DNA of 64,000 bases, from NCBI GenBank assembly GCA_051294375.1, contig CM119271.1:4969579-5033578 (forward strand), in the 5' to 3' direction. Shown here piece by piece: positions 1 to 17,702 of this stretch. Below the pieces are notes generated by a model, which had not been told where the DNA came from, made no database searches, and was given only the letters and a program-made list of their open reading frames with translations. How positions within the stretch are numbered: position 1 is the first letter of the stretch; every line of letters starts with the position of its first letter. A program made the position numbers and the translations under genes. Source of the stretch: Paraspadella gotoi (Eukaryota; Animalia; Chaetognatha).

Positions 1-3889
<3,889 letters not shown>

Positions 3890-4632
3890 CGTTGATTCGC
3901 TGTTTTCTTCAACCTCAGTTTTTCAAAGAGCTGGATGTCGGATATGCACTAGAAAGCTTGCAATTTCAAGTCAACCTCGGTGTCGTTCATGACGCCTGCC
4001 TGTTAGTTCGCCAGATCATATATCTGAAATAAAGATATTGAATCGAGTGCAAAAAGAAAAGAATTAGAAGCTAAATTTAGCAACTATCCAGCGAGTAAAA
4101 AAATTGATTTGAAATAATAATATTAATAGAAACGCGTGCGGCGGACTAAAAAAGTTGTGAAGAGCAACTTTGATATTCGCCGATTGTACAAACTACGAAG
4201 AGTAATATAAATCTTGCTTTCAACGTAGTACCTAGCAATTATTGCGCTACAAAACAAATAATTAATAATTTTTATTCTGACTAGGTTTGTTAGTGCGTGA
4301 GAAATTAGAACAAAAGCGAGAAAAGGTGGGAAAGAGGATGAAATTCATAACTCCTATTAATTCATTCTACGTCAAGTCATTTGTGTGTCTTGATTTCTGG
4401 AAAAAAGTGTTTTCTGGTAGATATTTTTTTTTCTTTTGTTTTTTTTTTGTTTCTTTTTTTTGCACATCTTTGATTTGCATTTAAGCTTTTCTTTGTTTTT
4501 GTCTAAGTTCGTTAAACCGACTGGATATTTTTTACCGGGGTGATCCGACACATCAAGCAAAATACAGTGTGGGTCGAAAAAGTGGAATCAAATAAAATTC
4601 TCTCAGAGTTTTTATTTATTTTAATCTAAAAA

Positions 4633-7600
4633 TCAGCTGGTGCTTGAACCACTGTTGCTGTTGCTGTCGTTTTGTGGATCAGGTTTGACGATCTGAAAAC
4701 AAAACCAATCATCAATTAAATATATCTAGTTTTATCTACCCCCTGAAATCCGGATAAAATGTAAACCTGGTAAGTGATGAGATACTCGGGGTAAGCCTGC
4801 TCTCCTCGATAGACGACATACTCGGCGAAGGCGAGGCCTCCGACCGAGGGTCTCCCAACGACGGAGTGGTGGCCTGGCGGCGCGTGCGCCATCTTCATGG
4901 CCGAGTACTGGAGGAACGACTTGCCCAGCGTCACGCGACACAGAATTAGCTGACGTTGACAGACGTAGCAAGATTTGTCTTTGTGCAGCGGACAGCCTGT
5001 GCCGCCGCCGATGCCGTACACGTACTGATTGGACTTGGACGAGTTTTCGGCAAAGTAGATTCCTGCGTGGGGGCAAGGAAGATTTTAGACTTTTCCGCGA
5101 TCTTCATCGAGAACCGATTTCTGATTGTGGGGGGAGTGCCGACAAAGGCAAAATAATACTTCCTCCACTCTCACGATAGTAAATCACACTGACCGGCGCC
5201 AAACATGCCACCAATATAGGCATGGCGTTCGTCGAATCCCTTGTGGATGATGGCGTTGATAAAGGGACTGCCGTGAAAGAGCATCCGCTCGTTGGGCGTG
5301 CCGCTTGAACTTTCTTCCCCGACCTCCTTCTTGCGGTGATTGTATCGCTCCCAGAGCCGCCGATTTCGAATCTTTTGCACTTTGACGATGTGGTAGCGGT
5401 TGAAGAGGCCGCCTGAGTTAATGCGGGGGAGGAATTAAGGAGTCAAAAATTCTCTCCCCCCCCCCGTGTTTCAACGCTCAACCGAAAAAAAAAAAAAACC
5501 TGCGTTATCTCGGTGCTCTCTTATCGTGCTTTGCATTTCGTCTTCAACCATCTGAAATTCTCTGTCCATAGGATCCAGCTCGATGACCATAGTGCCGGAG
5601 GGCGGTTGGCCTGGCAGTCCCGGAGCAGGCGCCCAAAATGTACCGGGAATGGCGCCGGGGATGCCGGGAGCCACGCCTCCACCGGGGGCGGTTCCACTCA
5701 TTAGTTTTTCCATTCCTTCGAATTAAAGATGAATGAATTAATTAATGTGTTACAAAAAAAATCTTGACCGATTCATTTCCGAGGACCTTTAATAAGCTTA
5801 TGTCGGTGTCCGTAGGCGGCGATTCCGATGTCTTTCAGCTCTTCGTGTCTCATTTCCGCCAAAATGTCCAAGGATATCTAAAAAATACATAACATTTCGA
5901 TCAATTTATTAATATTTGAGAATCATAACTTAACATTGTGCCATCGACATCACCTGTTCTCTCTCAAACAATTCATAAAGGTGATCCAATCCTAGACTAT
6001 GCAAGAACGATGCCATGGTGAGCTCACCCTCTCCATTCGAAGTTCCTGGAAATACGATGCTCGACGTCAGCAAATAGAACTAACCGTAACACAGTCAATT
6101 ATCGCTAACGATTTTTAAACAACCGTACCCGCGGGAACGAGCGGCATGTCCGGATAAATGTTGCCGGAAGGAAGTATGACGCCGGACGGCATGGACATGG
6201 ACATGGAAGTTAAGGCGCCAGTAGGAGCGGAAGCTGAGGCAGTGGGTAACGACGCCGTCGACGAAGCGGGAGCTACAGTCGCTAATAATGGAAAGAAGTT
6301 ATAAAATTATAAATAATTAATTATAAATACGTCATATCGATTATCCAACACCAAAGAAAATTGATAATTAGAGTTTATTACTTTATAAATTTAACTCAGT
6401 TTTTCAACAGCAACGTCATGTTTGTTTAGGGAACCATTACTCTGAGCAGTGGTGAGGGAAGTGGGCGAAGGGAGACCAGAACCAGTGCCAGAGGAAACGA
6501 TCGCCGAGGACGACGTGGGAATTTGCAGATTCAAACTCTGAAATAATTAGAAAATGATTATTTTCAGAGAAATGAATAAACATGTCCAACAAAGAAAGAC
6601 CAACCTGTTGCGAAGAGGGTTGGGGCTGAATTGCATTACTGATGACAACTAATGATGAGGGCGGCGCCGAGACGGGCAGCAGGGGGCCCTGCATGGGAGC
6701 GCCGGCTGGAGGTTGCGTTGGGGGCGGTCCTGTTTGGTTGGATACGAGAACGCTCGAAGTGGGGGTGGCAACGGCGAGCGGCATCGCGTCCATTAGCAAG
6801 GCTTTTACGTCGTCGGCAGTTGCCAGATCTAAAAATATAATAACATAGTTGCATATATTAAGAAATATATATATCTCTCTCTCTCTCTCTCTCCGTCTAA
6901 GACAGACCCAAAGGCGTTTGGTTCTCCTGGTTTTTCATTGTAGGATCGGCGCCGTGAGCCAACAGCAAGGAACACAACTGAGTTCGACCTTTTTGCGCCG
7001 CTTCATGCAAAGGCGTAAACAGCCACCTGTGAACATGGTAAGTCCATCACAGAATTGTTGTTGGAGCGCAATTCGCGTCATCGGACATTCAATGTCTCAT
7101 GATTTTTAAAATCATTATTTCGCGCTAATATTTAATTCTACACTAAATTCAGCAATTAACAGTGAATTCCCTTTACCTATCGGTGGCGTTAACGCAAGTG
7201 TTAAACTTTATCAGGAGGGCGGCAATGTCGACGTGACCGTAAGACGCGGCGTTGTGAAGGGGAATTAGTCCGCCTAAAATAGCAAATGAAATGATTGAAA
7301 AAAATTTTTAAAAATCACTTTCGGAAAAAAACCCAAACTCACCCTTGTCCTGAGCGTTGACGTCGGCTCCATTCTCCAACAGGAACTCGGCGACCTCTAC
7401 GTTGTTGTATCCGGCGGCGAGGTGAAGCGGCGTGGAGTTACGCCCTTGGGTGTCGCGGCAATTTACGTTGTCCAAGGTCACTAGCTTTTGTACTTTGGCC
7501 AGATTGCCTGTCGCAATTGAAAGACAACAAGGTTTGACAATACATAATATTTCAAAAAGAAAATTGTGCAAACTCCGAAGTTGTAAAAACTACTCACCCT

Positions 7601-10600
7601 TTTTCGCGGCCTCCAACAGGGCGGCGTCGCCCCGAAGCAAATCGGCGACGTCCTCGTCCCCCTCTTTGACCAAATCGAGAGGGGTGTGTCCGTCCCGATT
7701 TTTCTTATTTGGGTCCGCCCCATGTTTGAGCAGCAGTTTACATATGTCGAATTTCCCTTTGGCAGCCGCCTCGTGGAGCGGTGTGAATTTCCTATTTGCG
7801 TCAGAAAGAAGACAAAACAGAATGTAGAGTACAGTATAAAACCTCAAACATAAGCAAAAGATGACATAATTAATATAAATTTTAACCATAAGTCGGCCAC
7901 GTTGACGCATGCGCCGTGTTTGACGAGCAATTCCGTGACTTCGTAATGTCCGTATGAACAAGCGTTGTGAAGAGGCACGAGGCCACCCTTGTCTTTGGCG
8001 TGGACGTCGGCCCCGTTCTGCGCGATGCGAGTTAAAAATAGTTTATCAAAAGGCAGAATTGGCATAAATTTCAACGTCAATTCGATACCTGCAGCAGATA
8101 CTCGACGACGGCGACACGATTGTAGCCAGCGGCGAAATGAAGGGGAGTGGAGTGGCGACCGTCCATATCGCGACAATTCACTGCCGACGGATTTCCTTTT
8201 TGTGAATAGATAATTTATTGCATTACATTCACAAATATTTTTTTCGAAATGAAGTTCGTGAGGAAATTTACCGGAGCAAATCTTCTTAACAAGATCCATG
8301 TCGCCGGCTTTGGCACCCTCAAGCAACTGATATTCTGTGTCGGCCCCTTGCGACGAAGACATGGTTCCGTCCTGAAATAACTTTTGCACCGGTTCTGCCG
8401 CAACCTGAGCGGAACAATAAAATGATTATGACTGGATTCGGCTCTTTGTAAAAAGGTCACTATCAAATGTCTGCTTTTTATATAATACAATCCTGTTAGT
8501 TCTCTGACCAAAAGCGAAACATAACCTCTCTTCTCTTCTTCCACTGATTGTAATTCCTGCATCAAGCACCTGTGCTGCGTTGGTCCCATCGATTGCCGCG
8601 ATCGACGGATCCGCTCCGTACGACAGGAGTAGGTGGCAGCACTGCACCTGTCCCACTTGCGATGCGCGATGCAACGCCGTCCGACCTAGCCCGTCCAGCA
8701 CGTTAACCTTGCAACCGTGCTTCAACAAGATATCCATTATGTCCCAGTTGGCTTTGTCCGTAGCAATGTGGAGCGCGGTCAGGAAGGATTTATTTTTCTC
8801 GTTTAAGGTGGAGCCTTTCCGGATTAGCGTCTCGGCGACTTGCTTTCTGCTAGGCATAAAATAACATAAATTTTAAGGATTCGTGATGATAAAGTGTCGA
8901 TCATATTTTACCGTTTTGGATAGGGCGATGCAGCGATGCAGTGCAAGGCAGAATCGCCGGTGTAAGGATCTTTGAAATTGACAGTCTCGGAACATAAAAA
9001 CTTTTTCAATTTAGCCAAGTCGGCCTGGCGGGCTGTCTCTAGAAGAGAATGACCTCTGAATTCGTACAGAAGCTTCTCCCTGAGGTCAGAAGAAGGCGCG
9101 AGGTCAAGGGCGCTTTTGTTGTGACAATTAACAAGCGTAGGATCGGCGCCGTGGGACAAAAGAAGCGAGCAAACCTTATCAAAATAAAATCAATTTCACA
9201 TATTACAGACAAAAATAATGAACAAGTATTGTGTAGTATTGTGAAATGAGCTAAGTTGTACCTCAATTCTGGATTTGGATGCAGCCTCATGTAGTGGAGT
9301 GAACTGCCACAGGTCCATAGCGTTCACAGATGCCCCGCACTTAATTAACATCTCTGTCACCTGAAAAGCGATAGTTTTGAATTATTACATATACTCAAAA
9401 AACATCAATTCAATCTCCAAACTTGCCTCGTAATGTCCGTATGAACATGCGTTGTGAAGCGGCACCAGACCTCCTTTGTCTTTGGCGTGAACGTCGGCAC
9501 CGTGCTGGAGCAAAATCTCAACGATCCGCGTGCGATTGTAGCCTGCCGCAAGGTGGAGTGGGGTCGACTTCCGGCCGTCGGAGGCGTGACTGTTGACGTT
9601 CATCGGTGTGAGCAGCGCCTGCATTTTCTCCTCGTTGCCGGATCTCGACGCCTCAAGCAACTCGTCCTTTTTGTATTCTCCCATGAGAACCGCCTTGGCC
9701 GAAGGGTCGGCCAGATCCAGAGCAGTTTTACCGTCTGAAAAAGATAAATTGGCGATACATGACAACTTCATCATTTCTAATCCTATGAATACTATTCAAC
9801 TTTGAGCATATAATATTTCAAACAATTTAAACTAATTTGGTCATTAATCTACGGATGTATTTATGTCTAATAACCGGTATTTCTGATAGTAGGATCAGCG
9901 CCGTGTTGAAGCAAGACTATGCAGACGTCAATCTTTCCCTTGATTGCAGCCTCGTGCAACGGGGTGTAGTTCCAGTTATCACGGGCGTTGGGGTCGGCCC
10001 CATGCTGCAGCAGAAGCTTGACAACCTTTAAATTTTAATACAGAAAATATTTACGGAAACTCGTAATAGGACGAGTGTTAAGCTCAGGTAATATTTAAAA
10101 TCCTAAAGTCCAAATCAAACTTTTGACCCACCTCAGCGTGTCCAAATGAACAGGCGTTGTGCAAAGGTATGAGTCCACCGTCGTCTCGCGCGTGAACGGA
10201 GGCGCCGCAGACGAGAAGATGGTCAACGACGTCGCGACGACCAAATCCCGCAGCGAAGTGCAATGGGGAAGATTTCCGTCCGGCCGTGTCTGGAAAAAAG
10301 GCGTGGCAGAGAGAGATTTAGAACTTAAAAACGTTAATGGAATGAGGCAACCGTCGGACCTTTGGCGTTAACGTTAGACGTATTGATCAGCTTTTTGACT
10401 CTGGAAACGTCTCCGTTGCGACACGCTTCGAACAACTCTCTTCCGGAGTCAAAGCCGGACATGGATGACGGCGGGCAGATCGAGCCGTGACTGTCGCTGT
10501 GCAAACCAACGGGTTTATATATAGGTAATTGTATAATTTACTATTGGATGACAATTTTTAAAGTGCAAACAACGTTAAAACTAACCTTTGACCAGGCGCT

Positions 10601-10662
10601 CCAGGCGCAGTTAGGTTCCTCGCGGAACGCCCGCCTGATGAACCGGCGGCCGACGACGCCAT
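4633..10662 (-). CDS. TNKS: Tankyrase (ankyrin repeat clusters - SAM - PARP catalytic domain), complete multi-exon gene
   Basis: Probable ATG at 10662 ([11 protein letters not shown]...[18 protein letters not shown]). Repeated ankyrin exons ([43 protein letters not shown]). SAM exons at ~6050-5790 ([21 protein letters not shown]...GHRHKLIK). PARP domain with [19 protein letters not shown], the Zn motif [12 protein letters not shown] and [20 protein letters not shown] (H-Y-E triad). Stop TGA at 4635-4633, followed by AATAAA. Confidence 0.96.
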
Positions 10663-12399
10663 TCCGCGCGTTTTCGCTTACGTTGCACACGAGAATCGTT
10701 TATCGTTTACGCATAGTCTATAACGTGTCACGCTACTTCAACTGAAATACATCTGTGAACAACAAAATATTTTAGCCCCCCAAAATATTTGGCGGAAGTT
10801 TTGGTTTCTCAACGGCTGCGATTAAACTTTAAAGTAAAAAAAAAAGTGATAGTGTCTCTAAAGCGTAAACCATGTAATCAAGACTTATTATACAATGAAT
10901 TTCTGAGAATTTACTCAACTATGATGATGATTTCCCGACTGTCATCACGGTAAACAACGCCATTTTGGAAAAGGGAATCTGAGTCCGCTGCCAATCTGAG
11001 GCGTCGTCTGCTAGAATTAAAAAAGCAGACGTCAAGACGAAGAAGACGACGGAGATGATGACGACGACGAAGACGATGATAACGACGGAGAAAAGGAAAA
11101 ACGAACAAAAAAACAACTGGCGCCGGAGATGAAAGTGAAGTGAGGAAGTCCCACTTTTTCTCTCGCACAAGACCAGATAGACATCTTGTAAGAGTTATGT
11201 AGGCCTTAATCAACCATAACTTATTTATTGAAGGAAAAAATACTTTTTATATTGGCTTTACTAATTCAATCTAACTTAGTAACGTTAGTAACGTCGTTCT
11301 TTATTTTAATACCCTTTTTATGCAATACAGAACATTATATTATAGTAATGCTGCCATTATTAACTATCACTTATCTACTTCGTTTCCTTTTCAAATTGTT
11401 TTCCCTAAAACTTACATAGCGTTTTTCTGCCTCTTGTTTTTTACTGAGCTAAAGCCTAAACAAGCACGACCTCTGACGAATGAACTTTACGTTACTGAGG
11501 ACGATTTAAAACAATTATTTATCATATACATATATATATTTATTATATTGGTTGTACCAATTTCATACTATCATATATTATAAATAGTTTAACAATTTTT
11601 TGGAGGTCATTGATCGATTGATTTGAAATTGATTTGAAACTACAATTATTGCGGTTTGCCGATTATCAGTTAAAGTTAAGATCTTAGGCACAGGAGTGCT
11701 CAATGCTGCTCATTGCTCTAGGGAAAAATTTTCTCAAACGCCTTTAAGTTTAACGCCTATCCAGGTTGTACGCCAAGTCTCTTTCCCTCGTAAAACGTCG
11801 TTCAATTACGAAGGAAAAGAAAAAGAGTCAAACAACTCTAGTCACGTCACGACGTCGTCACGTGTAGAGACGAATCGCCACCTTGCGACCCTCAAATTGT
11901 GATTAACTGACGTCATGAAAGTCTAAGCAGGGAAAGAAGAGGGAGACCATGAACGGGGGTGGGGAAGAAAAACCTTGGAAAAAAAAAACATTTGAGTGCC
12001 CGCGCGGGTTTGAACCTTTTTTTACCCTTTCGACCTCTGGCGACTCTCGCCGCGAATCGCGTCGCATGGCTGATGAATCATGGGAGTCACCCTAGCGTCA
12101 TAAATCGTAGAGGGCGCGGGTTTTGGGGAAACGAAAAATGAGGGTAGGGGGAATTTGGAAGGAAAAGTCGACTTAATCAGTTCATGTTGCAGTTGATCCA
12201 TTCAGCAGTCTTCACTTCTTCATTATGTTATTTGTTATGTTTTATCACTTTAAGTGCCATAGCCGATGAAATTTAAATGCTAATGTATACAGCGTTAAAA
12301 TAATCTATCATGACCATAGATTATGGTATTAAAATATTTTTTTGTCAAAAATGCTTTCTTCTGAGGGTACTCGCCTAATTAAAAATATTATATTACTAT

Positions 12400-12710
12400 A
12401 TAGAGCAAAAAATATTTTTTTAAAATTCTAAAATTTTTTGATGGATTCTGATAGAGCATAAAAAGTTAAACAAGAAATATAATTACAGCTTTTAAAAATT
12501 CTTACGTTTTCTATGTGAAAATATAAAAAAACTGATAAAATCATCGAAAGATGACGATGATGATGATTTTTTATGGTTTTTCTTATTTTTGACACACTTA
12601 ACGTAAAAATATTTAAAAAAGAATCATACTTTGTGTAGACAACTTTTTATGAGCTATCTGAATCTGGTCTTAAAATTTAAAAATTCAAAAAAAAATTTTT
12701 GGCCTTTCCT
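12400..12710. mobile_element. Degenerate AT-rich foldback / MITE-like palindrome
   Basis: The arm at ~12422-12466 (aaattctaaaattttttgatggattctgatagagcataaaaagtt) is a degenerate inverted copy of ~12641-12686 (aactttttatgagctatctgaatctggtcttaaaatttaaaaattc). Inner arms cttacgtt...aaaatcatc and gatgatttt...aacgtaa centre near 12550. Termini and TSD were not resolved. Confidence 0.5.
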
Positions 12711-14185
12711 ATCTATAAATAAATATTAAAAAATTAATTACTAGGGTATAGAGCCATATTAGAAATTTTTTGTCCATTGAAAGTATTCTTAAAAATGTCT
12801 AAATATTCGTTTGAGCATGTACTCGCTCTAAATTTTTGACTCACCCCATTGAGTGCGGCTACCCCTGAACGATTTTATGGAAATATTTTCACTGGTTATT
12901 TTTTTCAGTTGCAAGAGAGAAAAAAAGAGAGAAGAAAAATTATAATACTTACTTTACGGTCCTACCTTGTACATAAAACTTTTAAAAGTTCAAAATTAAA
13001 AATTTATTTTTGATGAATGTTGTAGATTTGAAAAGAAGCTTATAAAGAAATATATATAATAAAATACTACATTGTGGATAAAATGGTACGAGTGAGAAGA
13101 GACACCGAGAGAACGAGAGGATATTCTGAGACTCTTCCTCTCGTTTTTTTTGCACTGGGTTGAGATGAGTTAGTTCCTCCCGGGCGTCAACTGCGAGGAT
13201 CCATTATCATGCTAAAAGCTTTGAATTTGATAAAGCCCCCCTCCCTTCCCGCCCCCCTTCTCCCCCGAAACCCGCGAGGAATGAAATCTCCTTCGGTTTA
13301 GCGCGATTCGCCCCGAGGTCCGCCTTAAATGGTTCCCTGAGACCCGGCGAAGGGTTTAAATGGATCCCGGCCCGACCGAAGATCCTTCCTCGAATGGACG
13401 GTCCGGTATACCGACCCAGTTTCAGGCCCGAAAATATGAGATGGAACAGAGGAACGCCTTGTGAAAGTGGCGAGGAATTTTTAACTGCGATTTTTTAAAA
13501 ATTTCATTTAAGTTTTAACTGTAAGCCTCTAAGAAAGAAGTCCTAAGTTTGATTCGCCAATCGGCTGCTGGAGACCATTGGCAATGCTTGACGGATAAGA
13601 TTTGAATAAAATTTCGTCTGTCTATTATTTCAAAACCACACATCTCGAAGATCCCTTCGCGTCTTGAAGCTTAATATTTGCTTCTAAGAATCTAACAGTA
13701 TTTTTATTGACCATCCCCTTAAAAGAAAACGTTCGCAAAAACTATTATCAGTAAAACCCTTCGAACTCGAATCCGAAATAAATTTATTTTTAGCCTTCCT
13801 ATTTTTTTTTTTCTGAATCTCACTCAATCCTCTTCGATTCAAATGGAGATTTAATCTCGCGTAGAGCGTCCGAACGAAAAGCAATCATTCCATAGTCGTC
13901 TGCTTTTTTTTTTTTCGTCACTCGCTTCATCCCTGGAGAGCGAGGGTCTTTAAAATTGAAGGGGGCAGCTCCCTCGGGAGTGACGGGGTCCATCTCGCGG
14001 AAGTCAAGAGAGGTTAAATTTTTAGGGGGAGCAAAAATTCTATTTTTATTATCCTGTTTCCTTGCGGTTTCTATCGAGAGACTGTATTTACTATTCAATA
14101 AACTAAGGGGGCTTGAGTTCCTTGACTCGTTTAAAAACCTGCTGCTAAACCCAAACGTAGGTTTGTGCCATTTTTCTTCTGCGAA

Positions 14186-14187
<2 letters not shown>

Positions 14188-14275
<88 letters not shown>
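14188..14275. repeat. (TC)n microsatellite
   Basis: Perfect dinucleotide run. Confidence 0.97.
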
Positions 14276-14277
<2 letters not shown>

Positions 14278-14620
14278 AGCTGCGTTCCGTTTTTCACTTT
14301 GCGCTTATTTTCTTTCAATCAGCCGACGCTTGATTTGCATAAGTTTCCAATTAGTCTCATTCACTTATATCCATCGACCGATTCGCTTGCTAATTTATTT
14401 GCTCATCTTTTTAGAGAGTTTCCCTGAAAAAAAAGAGAGAGAGGGCCCGAAAAAAAAAGGTTGAAAAAAGGCTGAAGTCGTTTTTTTTTTCACTTTTAAT
14501 AGCAAAATTAATTGAAGTTGAAACTGTCAAAAACCCTACGAGACCATCCACAAACGACTAACGGCGATAAAATTCATTAAATTCTCGTCAGTTGTTTTCG
14601 ACTGAAAACCACATTTTTAT

Positions 14621-17277
14621 TCAACACAGTTGGCAAGCCTTGTTGCAATGCGGCAGCATGTACCACGGATTATTTTCGCATTCACCCCTGTCGGCCCACT
14701 CTTGACATCTCTCGTGCTGGTCGCCGCAATTTTCGCAGTAGCCGCAAGCTTTGGGACAATTCGGGATCATGTAGTGACCGTTTTTCTTACATTCGCCGCG
14801 TTTGGCCCATTCGTCGCAACGATCCTTGTGATTCTGACAATTTTTCCCGGCGCCGTCTCCACCATCACCGCCGTCTCCACCATCACCACCGTCTCCTCCA
14901 TCACCACCGTCTCCACCATCACCGCCATCTCCTCCATCACCACCATCCCCGCCATCTCCTCCGTTGCCGCATCCTTTGGGTCCGCATCCGTTGCCGAAGT
15001 CGCCCGTGATCAACAGGTTGCCCAATGCCCTTCTGTTGCTGCTGCAGGTCGAAGATCGCATAGAGCTGCAAAGCAGTTGGATGGGTTAAGATTAATTTTC
15101 TGCTATTCCCTTTCTTTTATTTATTTTTTTAATTTTTCTATTTATTCATTTTAAAATTGAGTGAATTATTAATATTTTTTTTTCAATGATGAAAGCAACA
15201 ATGTGAAGGTTTATTTTGCGAAACTTGGAAATCGTTTACCTAGTGCAAGGCTTCTTGGGACAAGCAGTCGGACAAGTGCATTTACACTTGTGGTTCACGT
15301 AGCAAGGATCTTTGCACTTATCGTTCTTCTCGCAATGCGAGTTACAGTTGTACATAATGTTGACGATTTTCGCGTCCGTGAAATGGAGGGCGGGATTAGA
15401 CCGATGACCGATGCTGCCTTGGTAGTCCTTGTTGATAATACGGTAATAGATAAATAATTATTTGTAAACGATAAGCGTGTAATGGAATCGACATAGATTG
15501 AATATTTGACAATATAATATGACAATGAATATAAGCTACTACGGTGGACTAAAATCCACCAACCATTCATCAGTGGCCATTGGTGCAGGAGGCAAGTCAT
15601 TCGCTTCCCAACCCAAAGGTCCGGGGTTTTAGCCAGGTGGTCGCCTAGCAGTTAAGAGGGATGGGGCTCTTAACCCGCCTGTAACATGGTGTTACACTGT
15701 TACAGCCTTATCCGAAGCTCAGGGACTGCTTATATTGATCGGTTCTGTCACTAACACATAACAATAATTACTGTCTCTTCACTACTTATTTTTGCTTATT
15801 TAGGAATTCACTAATTTACAGTACAGCATTTTTGTTGCTCGTCCATTTAACAGATTTTAAAACTAAATCACACTAGCAACGACCTCACCCATTTACCTTT
15901 CTTAACTTAAGGTCTTTTCCTGACAACAACAACGACAACGTCACTCTTGCCTGATTTCTCGTGATGATTGTGAGGCGACCGTTTGACGAAAACGAGGAGC
16001 CTCCGTAGTGCATGACGGAGCAGTAGTCGTACGGAACGCCGAAGTTGTGCGTGCGGCTCTCGATGCGGAAGTTGTGCCGGTTGCTCCAGCTCACGTTGTC
16101 GAGAAGCACCTTGATGGCGGAGTCGCGGTCCGTGCGGCATTGCTCGTGGTGGAGACCTGGTTGAAATTTCTATCTGACGGAGAGAGTTCTTTAGTTAAAA
16201 AAAACTTAAATCAATATTGCAAAGAAACCGATAGACAGAAGAAAATTAAGAAAAAACAGTTAGATTTCGACGGAATGTCATTAAAATAAAATTTGAGGAG
16301 GTCGTAAAGAAGTAGAGAGCACTAATAGAGAATTGTCTTTAAAATTTTTTAATAAATTTTCAAATTATACATTAAATACGCCTTCTAATAATTTTGTAAT
16401 TGGTCCGAATGCAGTTAACGACTCTACCTATGGTGTGCCCCAATTCATGGGCGGCGATCCCGTGCCAAGTGCAGCCTCCAATCCGCAGCGACACCTCGTG
16501 GTTGCGATGCAGCCAACCGACCATCGAGTAGCAACCACCCTTGTTGACCACGGTGATGTAGTTGCTGTGACCGGTGGAGTGGGCCAAAGGGCTTCCGGCC
16601 GGCGTGAACCGGATGCACGTCTTTTCTTGCCACTCCTTGGGTTTAGGAATTGTTGATAATACTACATTTGAAATTAAAATTTAAATACTGCAAATTATTA
16701 ATAGTATTAATGAGCATTGAACAATACAAATTTACAGCTGCTAATTAATAATTATAAAAACGAGGTTAAAAATTTAATATATACCCCAATTTATTAATAA
16801 AAAAAGCCAATTTCTGTGGTGGATACGTAGTACATACTAAGGTAATATCTTGTAAGAGAGATAGTCTCCCTTATCAAAAAGTTAAGAGGCAGGATAGCTG
16901 GTTCATTAAATAAATTAATATGCTTTTAATAGGTTTGCATGGATCTCAAAACTTTAAACAATTCCGCTTGGATTAATAACAAAGAAGAGAATTTGCTAAA
17001 TTTTCACACCCCATCTGCCGAACCTTCATAGCGCTGTAGATGACCCCAGAGTATCGAGACCCGAAAGCGCTGGAGATCTTGTAGGGAATGATGGCCTTGG
17101 GCCAGCGCCAGTAGGGATCCTTCATTCCGGCGCCGGCGAAAGTAGAGAGGCTGACGTTGCTGTAGGCGACGGCGTATTGCAATGGATCAAGATTCATGTC
17201 CATCTGGAGGTTGATCAGGTTGTTCGAGGACGCAGAGGCGGCCGCACCTTTTTTTTTTTGAAGGGTCGGTTGGGGGA

Positions 17278-17359
<82 letters not shown>

Positions 17360-17603
17360 CGAATTGTATTGAGAAGCTTCGCACTGATTTGTGCCCCCCC
17401 CACTCCCCACTCCCCTCCATCCTCACCCTCCTCGTCCCCGCGTCTCGAATGATCTCGTCGATCGTCCGGTCGTCGTCCTCGTCGTCGACGACCGTTTCCA
17501 CGGCGTCGATGTCTTCGCTTTCGACGCCGGGCAGGAAGTCCTCGTCCGCGAACGACGTCGCGACGAAGACTCCTTCGAATTTGGAAAGAGGAAACTTGGT
17601 TCA

Positions 17604-17702
<99 letters not shown>

